DNA from: Acidimicrobiia bacterium
Lineage (GTDB): Bacteria > Actinomycetota > Acidimicrobiia > Spongiisociales > ZC4RG35
DNA: 64,000 bases
NCBI GenBank assembly: GCA_965215185.1
Contig: OZ244034.1
Location: 416,001-480,000, forward strand
Direction of reading: 5' to 3'
Every line of letters begins with the position of its first letter. The first letter of the stretch is position 1. A program made the position numbers and the translations under genes. This document shows positions 33,615 through 43,522 of the stretch, one piece after another. Below the pieces are notes generated by a model. The model ran no database searches, had not been told where the DNA came from, and saw nothing but the letters and a program-made list of their open reading frames with translations.

Positions 33615-33898
33615 GGAAAACCTGTTCATCAAATTATGGGTCCGTCCGGTCTATTTTCCCAGAGTTGATGGTGATCGATTGACTTCAAAGGGGCAAGTCG
33701 AGTAGCGCTCCGGTCAACCGTTGAGCGACGTTGCGAGATCTTCGTCATGCTATACCGCTGCCAGGACCGAGGGACACGACATCATCTGCCCCATTGAGAA
33801 GGTTAGACGTGTCGGCGGTTCAATCAGGTTCGGGTCCGGCCGTGAGCGGGCTGTTTTCTACCTGCTGACTGCCGGTGGACTCCCTGCCAGAATGGAGT

Positions 33899-33930
33899 GA
33901 GTCGAGGGAGGTGTGGCGCTCCCTCGACTC
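33899..33930. terminator. 12-bp perfect stem-loop, probable terminator
   Basis: gagtcgagggag N8 ctccctcgactc, about 40 bp downstream of the 33967 stop. Confidence 0.55.
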
Positions 33931-33966
33931 TGTATTTACAAGCGTCCGAGGAGGGGCGGGCGGCAG

Positions 33967-35586
33967 CTAATTCCCTGAATCGGTTTCCACTGTCTGTACG
34001 GAATCGGCGGCTAAGGCGGCATGGGAGAGCCCGGCTGCGTTACCTGCCCTGTCAAAAATGCTGCCCCCATTCAACGCCAGGCTGTTGGCGCTTACGCCGA
34101 TTCCGTCGGAGTCGGCATCGCCTCTTTGGATTTGATACTCGAAAACCATGTCGTTGTTGAAGCGCCGGTTCGGATTGGTTTCGGGTCGGAGCAGGGCATG
34201 CCGTATCGTTCCACCGACATCCAGTTCGAGTTGGAGGTCACCGGCTTTGGTCACCGGTTCGCTGAAGACCATTTCTACCCTGATGAACTCCCCGACTCTG
34301 TAGGCCTCCCTGTTTCCCGGCCGGGACGTGATGTAAATGCCTGAGATAGTGGGTGGAGCCGTGTCGATCTTGTGATCCGGTAGATGCCCGGTGGTCGGAA
34401 AGTGCTTCAGGTACTCTACATCGGCGCCCTTTGCCTTGATGTTGCCGCTCCCTATCACCGCGGTGGCTCCATAGGGAATCATGATGCCCCTGGTATCCAT
34501 ATCGCCTGGTTGGACGGCATAGCCGAACACCAGAGTGTCAGTGCCGGAGCCTCTGAGGTACACGGATTCTCTCCAGGCTTCTGCCCAGTTGGAACCATGG
34601 AGTCCGACGTACAGGGCCAAGCCCACGTCTCCTTCAACCACCACGTCGATGTCGAAGTTGAGGGAGATCTCGATTATCTGGTTGGCCCGATATGCCTCCC
34701 ATCCGTCCGGTGGAATCGAGGTGACCCCGACATTCATCACATAGGGTCTTCCATTCACTTTGTGGATGGAGGCATCTTTGATACCCGAGTGCACGTAATC
34801 GATCGGTACGTCTGTTCCCTTCGCATATATGTTCCCGCTGAATCCGCGGCTTGGGTTGTGATTTCTACCAACGGCGGCACTGCTGACAGTGATGCCGTCA
34901 AGGTCCCGGTCGACTGGCTGTACTTGATAGCGGAAGATCAGAAACCGGCCCCCCGAACCCTGGTGGTATCTCGCCCCTCTCAAAGTGCCACTGGCGCCCT
35001 CACCCAAGTAGAGGTGTATCAGAGCGTCTCCTCTCGCTTCCACTTCCGCTTCCTGGTCAAGGGTCACCCTGACGTCGATGCTCTCTCCGGTGCGGTAGGT
35101 GTCCCCTCTGATAGGCACGGAGGTGATTTCTACATCCGTGATCCTCGGCGCATCGTCATCATCGATTGTGATCACACAACTGTGAAACGAGCCTCCGAAC
35201 TGGGCGCCGAGTTCAAACGTCTCGTCATGTTCGGGTACCGCGTCGTCCTTCGTCATTACCGGAATCCATACGGTGTCGCTGTCTCCTTGACTGGTCATTT
35301 TGATCCTGTCATAGGGGACGAAGTCGTCGGTGTCGGCAGTGTGGTGGCTGTGGTAGCTGTACACGAACACCTGGATCTTGTGGTACCCGGGCCATTGAAG
35401 TCCCATGAAGGCTGATTCGCCCTCCGAGATCGGGTCAGGACATATCGGGATGGGATCCGGCACCGCATAGGCGAGAGACGGCGAAACAGGCATCACCGCC
35501 AGAAGGGCGAAGAGTACCGCGGCGGCTATCCACGTTGCGCTAAGTCTGCCTCGCCGCTGTCCGAACAAGGGTGCTGCACCTTTCAT
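33967..35586 (-). CDS. Secreted Calx-beta domain protein with three Ig-like repeats, copy A
   Basis: Signal peptide; DDAVPEHDETF...ITIDDDD; repeats ITS.P...Y..GE.I.V...F...GSG...L.F.Y.VQ..D.D.DGI. Confidence 0.8.
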   Translation of the reverse strand: MKGAAPLFGQRRGRLSATWIAAAVLFALLAVMPVSPSLAYAVPDPIPICPDPISEGESAFMGLQWPGYHKIQVFVYSYHSHHTADTDDFVPYDRIKMTSQGDSDTVWIPVMTKDDAVPEHDETFELGAQFGGSFHSCVITIDDDDAPRITDVEITSVPIRGDTYRTGESIDVRVTLDQEAEVEARGDALIHLYLGEGASGTLRGARYHQGSGGRFLIFRYQVQPVDRDLDGITVSSAAVGRNHNPSRGFSGNIYAKGTDVPIDYVHSGIKDASIHKVNGRPYVMNVGVTSIPPDGWEAYRANQIIEISLNFDIDVVVEGDVGLALYVGLHGSNWAEAWRESVYLRGSGTDTLVFGYAVQPGDMDTRGIMIPYGATAVIGSGNIKAKGADVEYLKHFPTTGHLPDHKIDTAPPTISGIYITSRPGNREAYRVGEFIRVEMVFSEPVTKAGDLQLELDVGGTIRHALLRPETNPNRRFNNDMVFEYQIQRGDADSDGIGVSANSLALNGGSIFDRAGNAAGLSHAALAADSVQTVETDSGN

Positions 35587-35700
35587 CTGTTGCCTCCTAC
35601 TCCTACTTGGTTCCTACCGCGGTCAGGGTCCAGAGCGCCCGACGCATAGAATGGGTCAACGGTCATAGTGATGACCGGGACACGATTTGTGCGTCTGTGT

Positions 35701-37332
35701 CTAGTCCTCACGAGAGGTATCCACTCTGTGGGCTGAGTCGGCCGGTAAGGTCCCGTGGCTGAGGCCTGCGGCGTTGCCGGCGCTGTCATGGATGCTGCCT
35801 CCGTTAAGTCTCAGGCTGTTGGCACTGATACCGATGCCGTCTGTATCGGTGTCGCCCTCCTGTACGGCATAACGGAAAACCATCGTGTCCCCGTAGCTTC
35901 GCTCCTGGGTGACAGGGGCCTGCAGTTGCGCCCTCCGCGTCACTCCGCCGATGTCCAAGTCCAGTTGCAGATCTCCGCTGATGGTGACCTTTTCGCTGAA
36001 GGCCACTTCAACCTTGACCAGTTCGCCGGCGTCGTAAGCTTCACTGTTCCGAGGTTGTGATTTGAAGTTGATCGACGAGATGGTGGGCGGGGCCGTATCG
36101 ATCTTGTGGTCCGGTAAATGTCCCGTGCCCCAAAAGTACGGATACCGTTCCACATCCGTTCCCTTGGCTTTGATTTTTCCATCCCCATAGAAGCCGTTTC
36201 CAGGGCTTCCAAAACCTATCATGACGCCGTTTCGGTCCATGTTGCCCGGCCTGACGGTGTAGCCGAACACCAGTGTGTCGGTTCCGGATCCCCTTATGTA
36301 CCGTGCGTGTCTCCTCGCTGCATCCCAGTTGTCGCCGTTGAAACCGACGTACAACCCCAATGAGACGTCACCTTCCACCTCCACCTCGATGTTGAACCGC
36401 ATAGAGGCTTCAATAACCTGATTGACGCGGTAGGCATCCCATCCTCCCGGTGGCGCGGAGATGATGCGGGGATCTATGACCACGGGCCGGCCGTCAACCT
36501 GGTGGCGGGACGAATCCCCGATACCGGGGTGGGTGTAGTCGACCTGCACGTCCGTTCCCTGGGCGATAATCTTTCCGCTGAAGCCGTAGGCGGGGCTACG
36601 ATCCGCGTCCACGCCGGCGCTGCTGACGCTGACGCCATTGGTATCCCTATCGATCGCCTGCACCGTGTATCTGAAGGTCAGCGTCCTGGTCCCCGAGCCT
36701 CGGCGGTATCTTGCCCCTCGCCAGGTGTGGTCGCTGCCATCACCCACATATAGACCCAGCACAGGACTCCCTTCCACCTCAACCTCTTGGTCAAAGGTCA
36801 CCGCCACAGTGATGCTCTCACCAGCGATGTAAGCGTTTCCTACGGCCGGGGTTGATGTGATTACCACGCTCGTCACTTCGGGGGTGTCGTCGTCGAGAAT
36901 CGTGACCACACAACCGTGCCATGTGCCGTTCACCTCAAAACCGATGGAGAAGGTCTCGTCGTATTCTGGCGAATAGTCTTCTCTTGTTTCTACTGGTACC
37001 CGCACAGTGTCTTCGTCTGGGTCGCTGGTAATCGTTTCGCCGTCGTAGGGGATGTAGTCATCGCCGTCGGCCGTGGAGGCACTGTGGTCAGTGGAAACAC
37101 TCACTGAGACCGATCTGGCGCCTGGATCACGTATCTGCATGAAGGCCGTGTGACCCTCCCGGATAGAAGCCGGACACACCACATACATCTTGCTGTGATC
37201 CGCCAAGGCCGGAGGCGCAGAGGTCAGGGCAAGAAGCATCACCAATGGCAGGATGGTGAGAGCGCCGGCGGCACTGCTCTTTCCTGTTGGTCTGCCCCAC
37301 CGCCATCGGAACATTTGCGCTATTCCTTTCAT
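35701..37332 (-). CDS. Secreted Calx-beta domain protein with three Ig-like repeats, copy B
   Basis: Collinear paralog of 33967-35586; identical GHLPDHKIDTAPPTIS and AGNAAGLSH. Confidence 0.8.
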   Translation of the reverse strand: MKGIAQMFRWRWGRPTGKSSAAGALTILPLVMLLALTSAPPALADHSKMYVVCPASIREGHTAFMQIRDPGARSVSVSVSTDHSASTADGDDYIPYDGETITSDPDEDTVRVPVETREDYSPEYDETFSIGFEVNGTWHGCVVTILDDDTPEVTSVVITSTPAVGNAYIAGESITVAVTFDQEVEVEGSPVLGLYVGDGSDHTWRGARYRRGSGTRTLTFRYTVQAIDRDTNGVSVSSAGVDADRSPAYGFSGKIIAQGTDVQVDYTHPGIGDSSRHQVDGRPVVIDPRIISAPPGGWDAYRVNQVIEASMRFNIEVEVEGDVSLGLYVGFNGDNWDAARRHARYIRGSGTDTLVFGYTVRPGNMDRNGVMIGFGSPGNGFYGDGKIKAKGTDVERYPYFWGTGHLPDHKIDTAPPTISSINFKSQPRNSEAYDAGELVKVEVAFSEKVTISGDLQLDLDIGGVTRRAQLQAPVTQERSYGDTMVFRYAVQEGDTDTDGIGISANSLRLNGGSIHDSAGNAAGLSHGTLPADSAHRVDTSRED

Positions 37333-37436
37333 CTCCTGTCTCCTGTCGCTGCCTGCTTGCTGTCTTTGTCGCTACCTGATGCTTCTTCGTTCTTTCATCT
37401 CTCAGCTCCAATCACGACCCGGCGCCCTTTCGATCC

Positions 37437-37868
37437 CTACCTCCACGTCTCTGTTTCCACCTCGCAGGTCGTCAGGCTGGCTGCCCGGACCTGACAGCGG
37501 GAACCGATGGCCGTAGCGAGTCGCTGATCACCGGTCACGAGATCGCACCGCAGCGCCTCGGCCAGGGCGATATAGCAGGCTTCCCGGGTTGTCGCATGAG
37601 CCCACAGCGAGAAGGCTCGAGGTAGAAGCGGTCGAGTAGGGCACGAGGACATGGGAAGGTCGTCGAGGTCCTTGATGGCCGTGCGGCAGCGTTCAGCGAG
37701 TAGAGCCCCTCTCAGCCACTGCTGACGCAGGAGATCTACCGTTTCGACGTAAGCCACATCGGGGACAAAGACGGCTGTCGACTCGGCAAAAGCCTTCCTA
37801 GCGGCCTGACCAGTTGACCCCCCGTCGGTCAGCAGGCTGACCAGCAGGGAGGCGTCGGCGACAATCAC
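37437..37868 (-). CDS. vapC: PIN-domain toxin (VapC family)
   Basis: MIVADAS, E, YIALAE, LVTGDQRLA. GTG overlaps the antitoxin stop. Confidence 0.85.
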   Translation of the reverse strand: MIVADASLLVSLLTDGGSTGQAARKAFAESTAVFVPDVAYVETVDLLRQQWLRGALLAERCRTAIKDLDDLPMSSCPTRPLLPRAFSLWAHATTREACYIALAEALRCDLVTGDQRLATAIGSRCQVRAASLTTCEVETETWR

Positions 37869-38098
37869 GTCTGCTTCCGCCTTCCCTGTTCCAGGTCGCG
37901 GACGACTATTTCCATGTCCACCTTTGCGAGGCTGCGGTTCTCTATCCGCTTCAACACCTCGTCCATGGTGGGTTTTTGGGCCAGGGCGGTCAGTTCTTTC
38001 AGCAGGTATTGCTGCAGGGACTGCCCTCTGGTCTTGGCCCGGTGCTTGAGTTGAAGGTGAAGCTCGTTGGGAACTTCCCTTATCAGTATGGACTTCAT
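37865..38098 (-). CDS. FitA-like ribbon-helix-helix antitoxin
   Basis: MKSILIREVPNELHLQLKHRAKTRGQSLQQYL; directly upstream of vapC. Confidence 0.85.
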   Translation of the reverse strand: MKSILIREVPNELHLQLKHRAKTRGQSLQQYLLKELTALAQKPTMDEVLKRIENRSLAKVDMEIVVRDLEQGRRKQT

Positions 38099-38236
38099 TG
38101 ACAACAATTATCAAGTAGTCGCGAAATAATGCTGGGGTATTAATAACCGAATGCGTTTGATAAAGGCGTCGCATAGATATTTGGAAGTGGTATTAAGAGC
38201 CCGGTCCCAGAAACTGAGTTCCGCTTGAGACTTCAG

Positions 38237-38313
38237 CAGACGGATGTATTCGCCGTCAAGGGCATGACCTGTGCCTCATGCGACAACGGGTGGAGCATGC
38301 CATCATGCAGAGG
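38237..38313 (+). pseudogene. Frameshifted, truncated HMA (CopZ-like) domain remnant
   Basis: QTDVFAVKGMTCASC, 1-bp deletion, then QRVEHAIMQR; aligns to the CopA N-terminus. Confidence 0.8.
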
Positions 38314-38411
38314 TGTTCCCCTCACCCAGGATGTCTTGGGGATCCGGGCATAGTGGCCGGTAAACAACTGGCCGCAGGCGGTTCGGGCCGCGCCTGCCAT
38401 AAAATGGCGAC

Positions 38412-39947
38412 ATGAAGGTTCCTCTCACCATCCGCGACCACCTCGACCGGGCCTTGGCCGTGTACCCCGACCGGGTCGCCTTCGTCGACGAGCCCGACCA
38501 GCCCGCCCCATCGATGGGGGATGTGACCTTCTCGCGTCTGGGAGAGTTGGCAGACGCCACCGGAGCTGGCCTAGACGCGTTGGGCGTGCCCGTAGGTGGG
38601 CGCGTCGCCATGGTGTCGCACAACGCCGGCCGCCTGCTCACCTCCTTCTGGGGCGTGAGCGGCAACGGCCGCATCTTCGTGCCCGTCAACTTCCGCCTCA
38701 GCACCGACGAGGTGACATACATCGTCGAGCACAGCGGCGCCGATGTGTTGCTGGTCGATCCCGAACTGGCCGACACGCTGGCGCCCATCGAGTGCCGCCA
38801 CAAGTTCGTGCTCGGCACCGAGTCCGACGAGGCCATGTTCCGCTTCGGCTCGGCCCCTCGGCCCTGGACGCCCGACGAGGACGCGGCCGCAGTTATCAAC
38901 TACACCTCCGGCACGACCGCCAGGCCCAAGGGCGTGCAGCAGACGCACCGCAGCCTCTGGCTCAACGCGGCGGTGTTCGGCTGGCACACGACGGTCAGCG
39001 ACCGCGACAATTACCTACACACCCTGCCCATGTTCCACTGCAACGGCTGGGGGATGCCCTATGCGCTGGTGGGCATGGGGGCCAAACAGGTGGTACTGCG
39101 CAAGGTGGACGGCGCAGAGATTCTGCGCCGGGTGGACGAGCACGGCATCACGATTATGTGCGGTGCGCCCGCGGTGGTGGCGGCCATCCTCGCCGCCGCC
39201 GCCGAATGGGAGGGAGCCATTCCCGGGGCGGGCCGCACCCGCATCGTGGTGGCCGGTGCGCCACCACCCACCCGCACCATCGAGCGGGTGGAAACGGAGT
39301 TGAACTGGGAGTTCATCCATCTCTATGGCCTTACCGAGACAGCGCCGCTGCTCACCATGAACCGTAGACGGGCCGAATGGGACCACCTGTCACCGGGCGA
39401 GAGGGCCCGGAAGCTGGCCAGCCAGGGTGTGCCCGGTCTGGGCGTGCGCATGACCGTGAGCCCAGACGGCGAGTTCCTGGCCCGCACCAACCATGTGCTC
39501 GAGGGCTACTGGGAGCAGCCCGACGCCACCGCGGCGGCCATCGTAGACGGCTGGTTCCACACCGGCGACGGGGGATACGCCGACGCCGACGGCTATTACA
39601 CCATCACCGACCGCAAGAAGGATGTCATTATCTCCGGCGGCGAGAACGTGTCGTCCATCGAGGTGGAGGACGCTCTGTTCTCTCACCCGGCCGTGGCCGA
39701 AGTGGCCGTTATTGGCGTTCCCCACCCCAAGTGGGGCGAAACGGTCAAGGCACTGGTGGTGCCGGCCCCCGGCGCTGAGGTGACGCCCGAGGATCTCATC
39801 GCCCACTGCCGGGATCTCATCGCCCACTACAAGTGCCCAACCTCGGTGGAGATCCGTACGGAACTGGCCCGCACCGCCACCGGCAAGCTCCAGAAGTTCA
39901 AGCTGCGGGCCCCCTACTGGGAGGGCATGGAGAAGGCCGTCAACTAG
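38412..39947 (+). CDS. AMP-binding acyl-CoA synthetase
   Basis: YTSGTTARPKG, YGLTE, FHTGD, DRKKDVIISGGEN, TGKLQK. TAAAAT six nt before the ATG. Confidence 0.94.
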   Translation: MKVPLTIRDHLDRALAVYPDRVAFVDEPDQPAPSMGDVTFSRLGELADATGAGLDALGVPVGGRVAMVSHNAGRLLTSFWGVSGNGRIFVPVNFRLSTDEVTYIVEHSGADVLLVDPELADTLAPIECRHKFVLGTESDEAMFRFGSAPRPWTPDEDAAAVINYTSGTTARPKGVQQTHRSLWLNAAVFGWHTTVSDRDNYLHTLPMFHCNGWGMPYALVGMGAKQVVLRKVDGAEILRRVDEHGITIMCGAPAVVAAILAAAAEWEGAIPGAGRTRIVVAGAPPPTRTIERVETELNWEFIHLYGLTETAPLLTMNRRRAEWDHLSPGERARKLASQGVPGLGVRMTVSPDGEFLARTNHVLEGYWEQPDATAAAIVDGWFHTGDGGYADADGYYTITDRKKDVIISGGENVSSIEVEDALFSHPAVAEVAVIGVPHPKWGETVKALVVPAPGAEVTPEDLIAHCRDLIAHYKCPTSVEIRTELARTATGKLQKFKLRAPYWEGMEKAVN

Positions 39948-40056
39948 CTGTCCTACCAAGGCTTCCTGAGCTTCATGGCCAATACCGAAAAAGACTGTGG
40001 GGTGGAAGCAAGTGTCGGTAGTGGGTGCCGGCGGGGCTTCTAGAATGGGAGTTAAC

Positions 40057-40278
40057 ATGGCTTCTACTAAGACGGATGGTTTTTCGGTCGGTGGCATGAC
40101 CTGCGGTTCATGTGCACAACGGGTGGAGAACGCTCTTTTGCAGAGGGAGGACGTGACGGAGGCTTCGGTCGATCTGGCGGGTGCCAAGGTGCGGGTTACT
40201 CACGATGCGGGCACAGATCTGTCAGTGCTTTTTGATGCTGTGAGAGCCCTTGGATATGAGGTGGGTCCGCTCCTTTAG
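40057..40278 (+). CDS. copZ: Copper chaperone (HMA), copy 1
   Basis: GMTCGSC, LGY loop. Confidence 0.85.
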   Translation: MASTKTDGFSVGGMTCGSCAQRVENALLQREDVTEASVDLAGAKVRVTHDAGTDLSVLFDAVRALGYEVGPLL

Positions 40279-40760
40279 CGGGCCCTTACTATTGGAGGTT
40301 TGACTGTGGCTATTACTAAGACGGATCGTTTTTCGGTCGGTGGCATGACCTGCGGTTCATGTGCACAACGGGTGGAGAACGCTCTTTTGCAGAGGGAGGA
40401 CGTGACGGAGGCTTCGGTCGATCTGGCGGGTGCCAAGGTGCGGGTTACTCACGATGCGGGCACAGATCTGTCAGTGCTTTTTGATGCTGTGAGAGCCCTT
40501 GGATATGAGGTGGGTCCGCTCCTTTAGCGGGCCCTTACCATTTTGGAGGTTGGCTTGGGCTCCACTCAGACGGATGTCTTTTCGGTCGGTGGGATGACTT
40601 GCGCTTCGTGTGCACAACGGGTGGAGAACGCTCTTTTGCAGAGGGAGGACGTGACGGAGGCTTCGGTCAACCTGATGGGTGCCAAGGTGCGGGTTACTCA
40701 CGATGCAGGCACAGATATCGCATTGCTTTTTGATGCCGTGAAAGCGATCGGATATCAGGC
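40065..40760 (+). repeat. Three tandem HMA-coding repeats, period 249 bp
   Basis: Anchors at 40065, 40314 and 40563; copies 1 and 2 look identical over ~200 bp. Confidence 0.95.
40306..40527 (+). CDS. copZ: Copper chaperone (HMA), copy 2
   Basis: GGAGG RBS then GTG; nearly identical to copy 1. Confidence 0.85.
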   Translation: MAITKTDRFSVGGMTCGSCAQRVENALLQREDVTEASVDLAGAKVRVTHDAGTDLSVLFDAVRALGYEVGPLL

Positions 40761-42723
40761 GGCGCCGCTGCCATCTGATCCGCTCGGTCCGGATATTGAG
40801 GAACCCTACTACGAGGAGGCCAAAAGACAGCGGCGGGTTTTTGCAGCATCGGCGCTGTTTGCAGTTCCGTTAATGGTCATCTCCATGCTGGGGCTCGACC
40901 AGCCGGTCTGGTTGGTGGTGCAAGGGGTGCTGGCCGCGGCAGTGGTGCTCTGGTGGGGGCGCCAATTCCATAGGATTGCCTGGCTGCGGGTGAAGTTGGG
41001 CCAAGCCAACATGGACACCCTGGTTTCGGTCGGATCTCTGACTGCCCTCGGATATTCGACCTGGGCAGCTTTCAGTGGCCAGGCGGTCTACTTCGAGACG
41101 GCGGGGATGATCGTCACCCTGATTCTTCTGGGCCGCTTTCTCGAGGCTCGCGCCAAGGGGCGGGCTTCGCAAGCGGTTGCAAAGCTGGTGGAACTTGGGT
41201 TTAGCGCCTCGGTGCGGGTGATGGGTGCGGACCGCGAATATGAAATCTCCCAGGACCAACTCCAAGTGGATGATCTGGTGGTGGTGCTGGCGGGGGAGAA
41301 GATACCGGCTGACGGGGTTGTAACCAGCGGGCACTCCGCAGTGGACGAGTCGATGCTCACCGGGGAGTCCCTGCCGGTGGAGAGATCCGTGGGCGACCCA
41401 GTGTTCTGTGGCACGATCAACCAGATGGGACGGTTGGTGTTCAGGGCGGAACGAGTGGGAGTTGACACGACGCTTTTCCAGATCGTGAAGATGGTGGAGG
41501 AGGTGCAATCGTCCAAGCCACCCATTCAAAGGCTGGCCGACCGGGTGTCTTCAGTTTTTGTGCCGGTGGTGATAGTGCTGGCCATTCTTACCTTCGCAGG
41601 GTGGCTGGTGGCCGGAGGTGACCTGTGGGAAGCCATCAGAAACGGGGTTGCGGTGCTGATCATTGCCTGCCCCTGCGCCTTGGGGCTGGCGACTCCCACC
41701 GCCATCATGGCAGGAAGCGGCCGAGGGGCCGAGCTGGGGGTGCTGTTCAAGAACGCCGAGGTTTTCGAGCGTACCCGGGAAGTTGACACGGTGGTGTTTG
41801 ACAAGACCGGCACTTTGACGGAAGGCAAGATGACCCTGACCGATGTCTCGGCCGATAATCCGGGCCGGTTCCTGCGGCTGGTGGGTTCGGTGGAGGGGGG
41901 TAGTTCCCATCCCATCGGTCAGGCGGTGGCGAAGGGCGCACAACAGCGTGGAGTGGAGATTGTCTCGCCCGACGAGGTGGAGACAATACCGGGCCGGGGG
42001 ATTGTAGGTGTGGTGGACGGCGTCCGGGTTTGGGTGGGTAAGCCGGACTTCCTGGCCGAGGCGGGACTAGAGACCAGCGCCGATCACTTGCAGACCATGC
42101 GGGCCCTGGAAGACGAGGCCAAGACCGCCTTCTTGGCGGGCTGGGAGGGCGATATCCGGGGTGTCCTGGCGGTGTCCGACACTCTTCGCCCGACGGCTGC
42201 CGAAGCCATTTCCCGACTGCGAGACATGGGTGTTACGTTGGCTCTGTTGACAGGAGACAACGCACGGTCCGCCTCGGTAATGGGCCAGCGCCTCGGGATC
42301 GACCAGGTCAAGGCCGATGTCCTGCCGGCCGACAAGGCTCGTGAGATAGAACGACTGAAGGAAGAGGGAATGGTGGTCGCCTTCGTGGGCGACGGGATCA
42401 ACGACGCGGTTGCGCTGGCGGCCGCGGATCTGGGGATAGCCATCGGGACCGGAACCGATGTGGCAGTGGAGGCGGGCGATATTGCTCTGATGAGCGGGGA
42501 CCCCTTGGGAGTGCCCACCTCCCTGGCGCTGGCACGAGCCACTTACCGGACAATCATTTCCAATTTGGTCTGGGCGTTCGGATATAACGTGGCTGCCATT
42601 CCCTTGGCGGCAGCCGGCGTGTTGAATCCAATGGTGGCTGCTGGGGCCATGGCCTTCTCAAGTGTGTCGGTGGTTACCAACTCATTACGTTTGCGCCGGT
42701 TCAAAGCGCCTACTGCACTCTGA
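40555..42723 (+). CDS. copA: Cu(I)-translocating P1B-type ATPase
   Basis: GMTCASC, YFE, TGES, CPC, DKTGT, HP, GDGIND, YN, MAFSS; GGAGG RBS then TTG. Confidence 0.95.
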   Translation: MGSTQTDVFSVGGMTCASCAQRVENALLQREDVTEASVNLMGAKVRVTHDAGTDIALLFDAVKAIGYQAAPLPSDPLGPDIEEPYYEEAKRQRRVFAASALFAVPLMVISMLGLDQPVWLVVQGVLAAAVVLWWGRQFHRIAWLRVKLGQANMDTLVSVGSLTALGYSTWAAFSGQAVYFETAGMIVTLILLGRFLEARAKGRASQAVAKLVELGFSASVRVMGADREYEISQDQLQVDDLVVVLAGEKIPADGVVTSGHSAVDESMLTGESLPVERSVGDPVFCGTINQMGRLVFRAERVGVDTTLFQIVKMVEEVQSSKPPIQRLADRVSSVFVPVVIVLAILTFAGWLVAGGDLWEAIRNGVAVLIIACPCALGLATPTAIMAGSGRGAELGVLFKNAEVFERTREVDTVVFDKTGTLTEGKMTLTDVSADNPGRFLRLVGSVEGGSSHPIGQAVAKGAQQRGVEIVSPDEVETIPGRGIVGVVDGVRVWVGKPDFLAEAGLETSADHLQTMRALEDEAKTAFLAGWEGDIRGVLAVSDTLRPTAAEAISRLRDMGVTLALLTGDNARSASVMGQRLGIDQVKADVLPADKAREIERLKEEGMVVAFVGDGINDAVALAAADLGIAIGTGTDVAVEAGDIALMSGDPLGVPTSLALARATYRTIISNLVWAFGYNVAAIPLAAAGVLNPMVAAGAMAFSSVSVVTNSLRLRRFKAPTAL

Positions 42724-43114
42724 AAGTCCAGGTGAAATCCCCTACTTCGGGTAAACCGTAGGTCTTTTCCCACTCCACCCGGATGGTGTGCTCACCCACC
42801 TCCCAGCGACTCATGAGCAGACTCCGTTCGCCTGGTCTCCACCGGTAGATCCCCACGCCCTCGGTAAATGAAAGCTCGGATGAGGGTATCGGATACCCGT
42901 TGACGTAGATGCGTGCCTCATACCCCACCTCCAAGTCGACTTCCAGGCTGCTTTGCATCGGGACCGCGTCGTAGGGGCTGGGGGATACACCTTCCAAGGG
43001 AGGAGGCAGGGTCAAAGGGTCGCCGCCTCGTCCGAACACGTAGCAGAGCGACAGGGTGGCCACACTCAGAAGTCCCAAACCCACATATATCAACCGGTAA
43101 CGCACGCCGGGCAA
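42710..43114 (-). CDS. Hypothetical membrane-anchored protein with beta-rich domain
   Basis: N-terminal TM helix; GEHTIRVEW...FTWTFRV. Confidence 0.7.
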   Translation of the reverse strand: MPGVRYRLIYVGLGLLSVATLSLCYVFGRGGDPLTLPPPLEGVSPSPYDAVPMQSSLEVDLEVGYEARIYVNGYPIPSSELSFTEGVGIYRWRPGERSLLMSRWEVGEHTIRVEWEKTYGLPEVGDFTWTFRVQ

Positions 43115-43522
43115 TTGTACGCACTGCAGGAAGTCACTAAAAGAGGGGGTCTTGCCGTCCTGTCTTGTCGGTTCGTTGGATTGCCGGTTGGCATTGCGCT
43201 GATTTGGTGGGTGTGCGGGATGACTCCTGCCTAGCGGGGCGAGAGGGGCCCAACGTCTTTGTCTCTCTTTTTCTCGATAGGTAGTTCAGCCACCGGTAGG
43301 CGGTTTGAAGGGACACACCCTGCCCGTATGAGCGGGGACCCACCGTCCAATCCCTCCGGATTGGCCTCATCCCCAGCAACTTTCTCCCAAAACGGGGTCA
43401 ATCGTGCTTCGGACTATCCGCCAAGGGACTCCTCTGGATTGGCGGGTTTGGTTACCCACAAGTCAAACCGGGAGGCCCTTACTCATGCAGACATACCGTC
43501 AACAACGCCTCGGTGAATACAG

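Noticed and set aside
37869-38174. N-terminal extension making a 245-aa VapC
   Set aside because: Overlaps the antitoxin in another frame; the coupled GTG at 37868 gives a normal PIN start.
40276-40527. Pyrrolysine recoding of the in-frame TAG codons
   Set aside because: No pyl genes in the window, TAG is used as an ordinary stop elsewhere, and the downstream genes have their own RBS.
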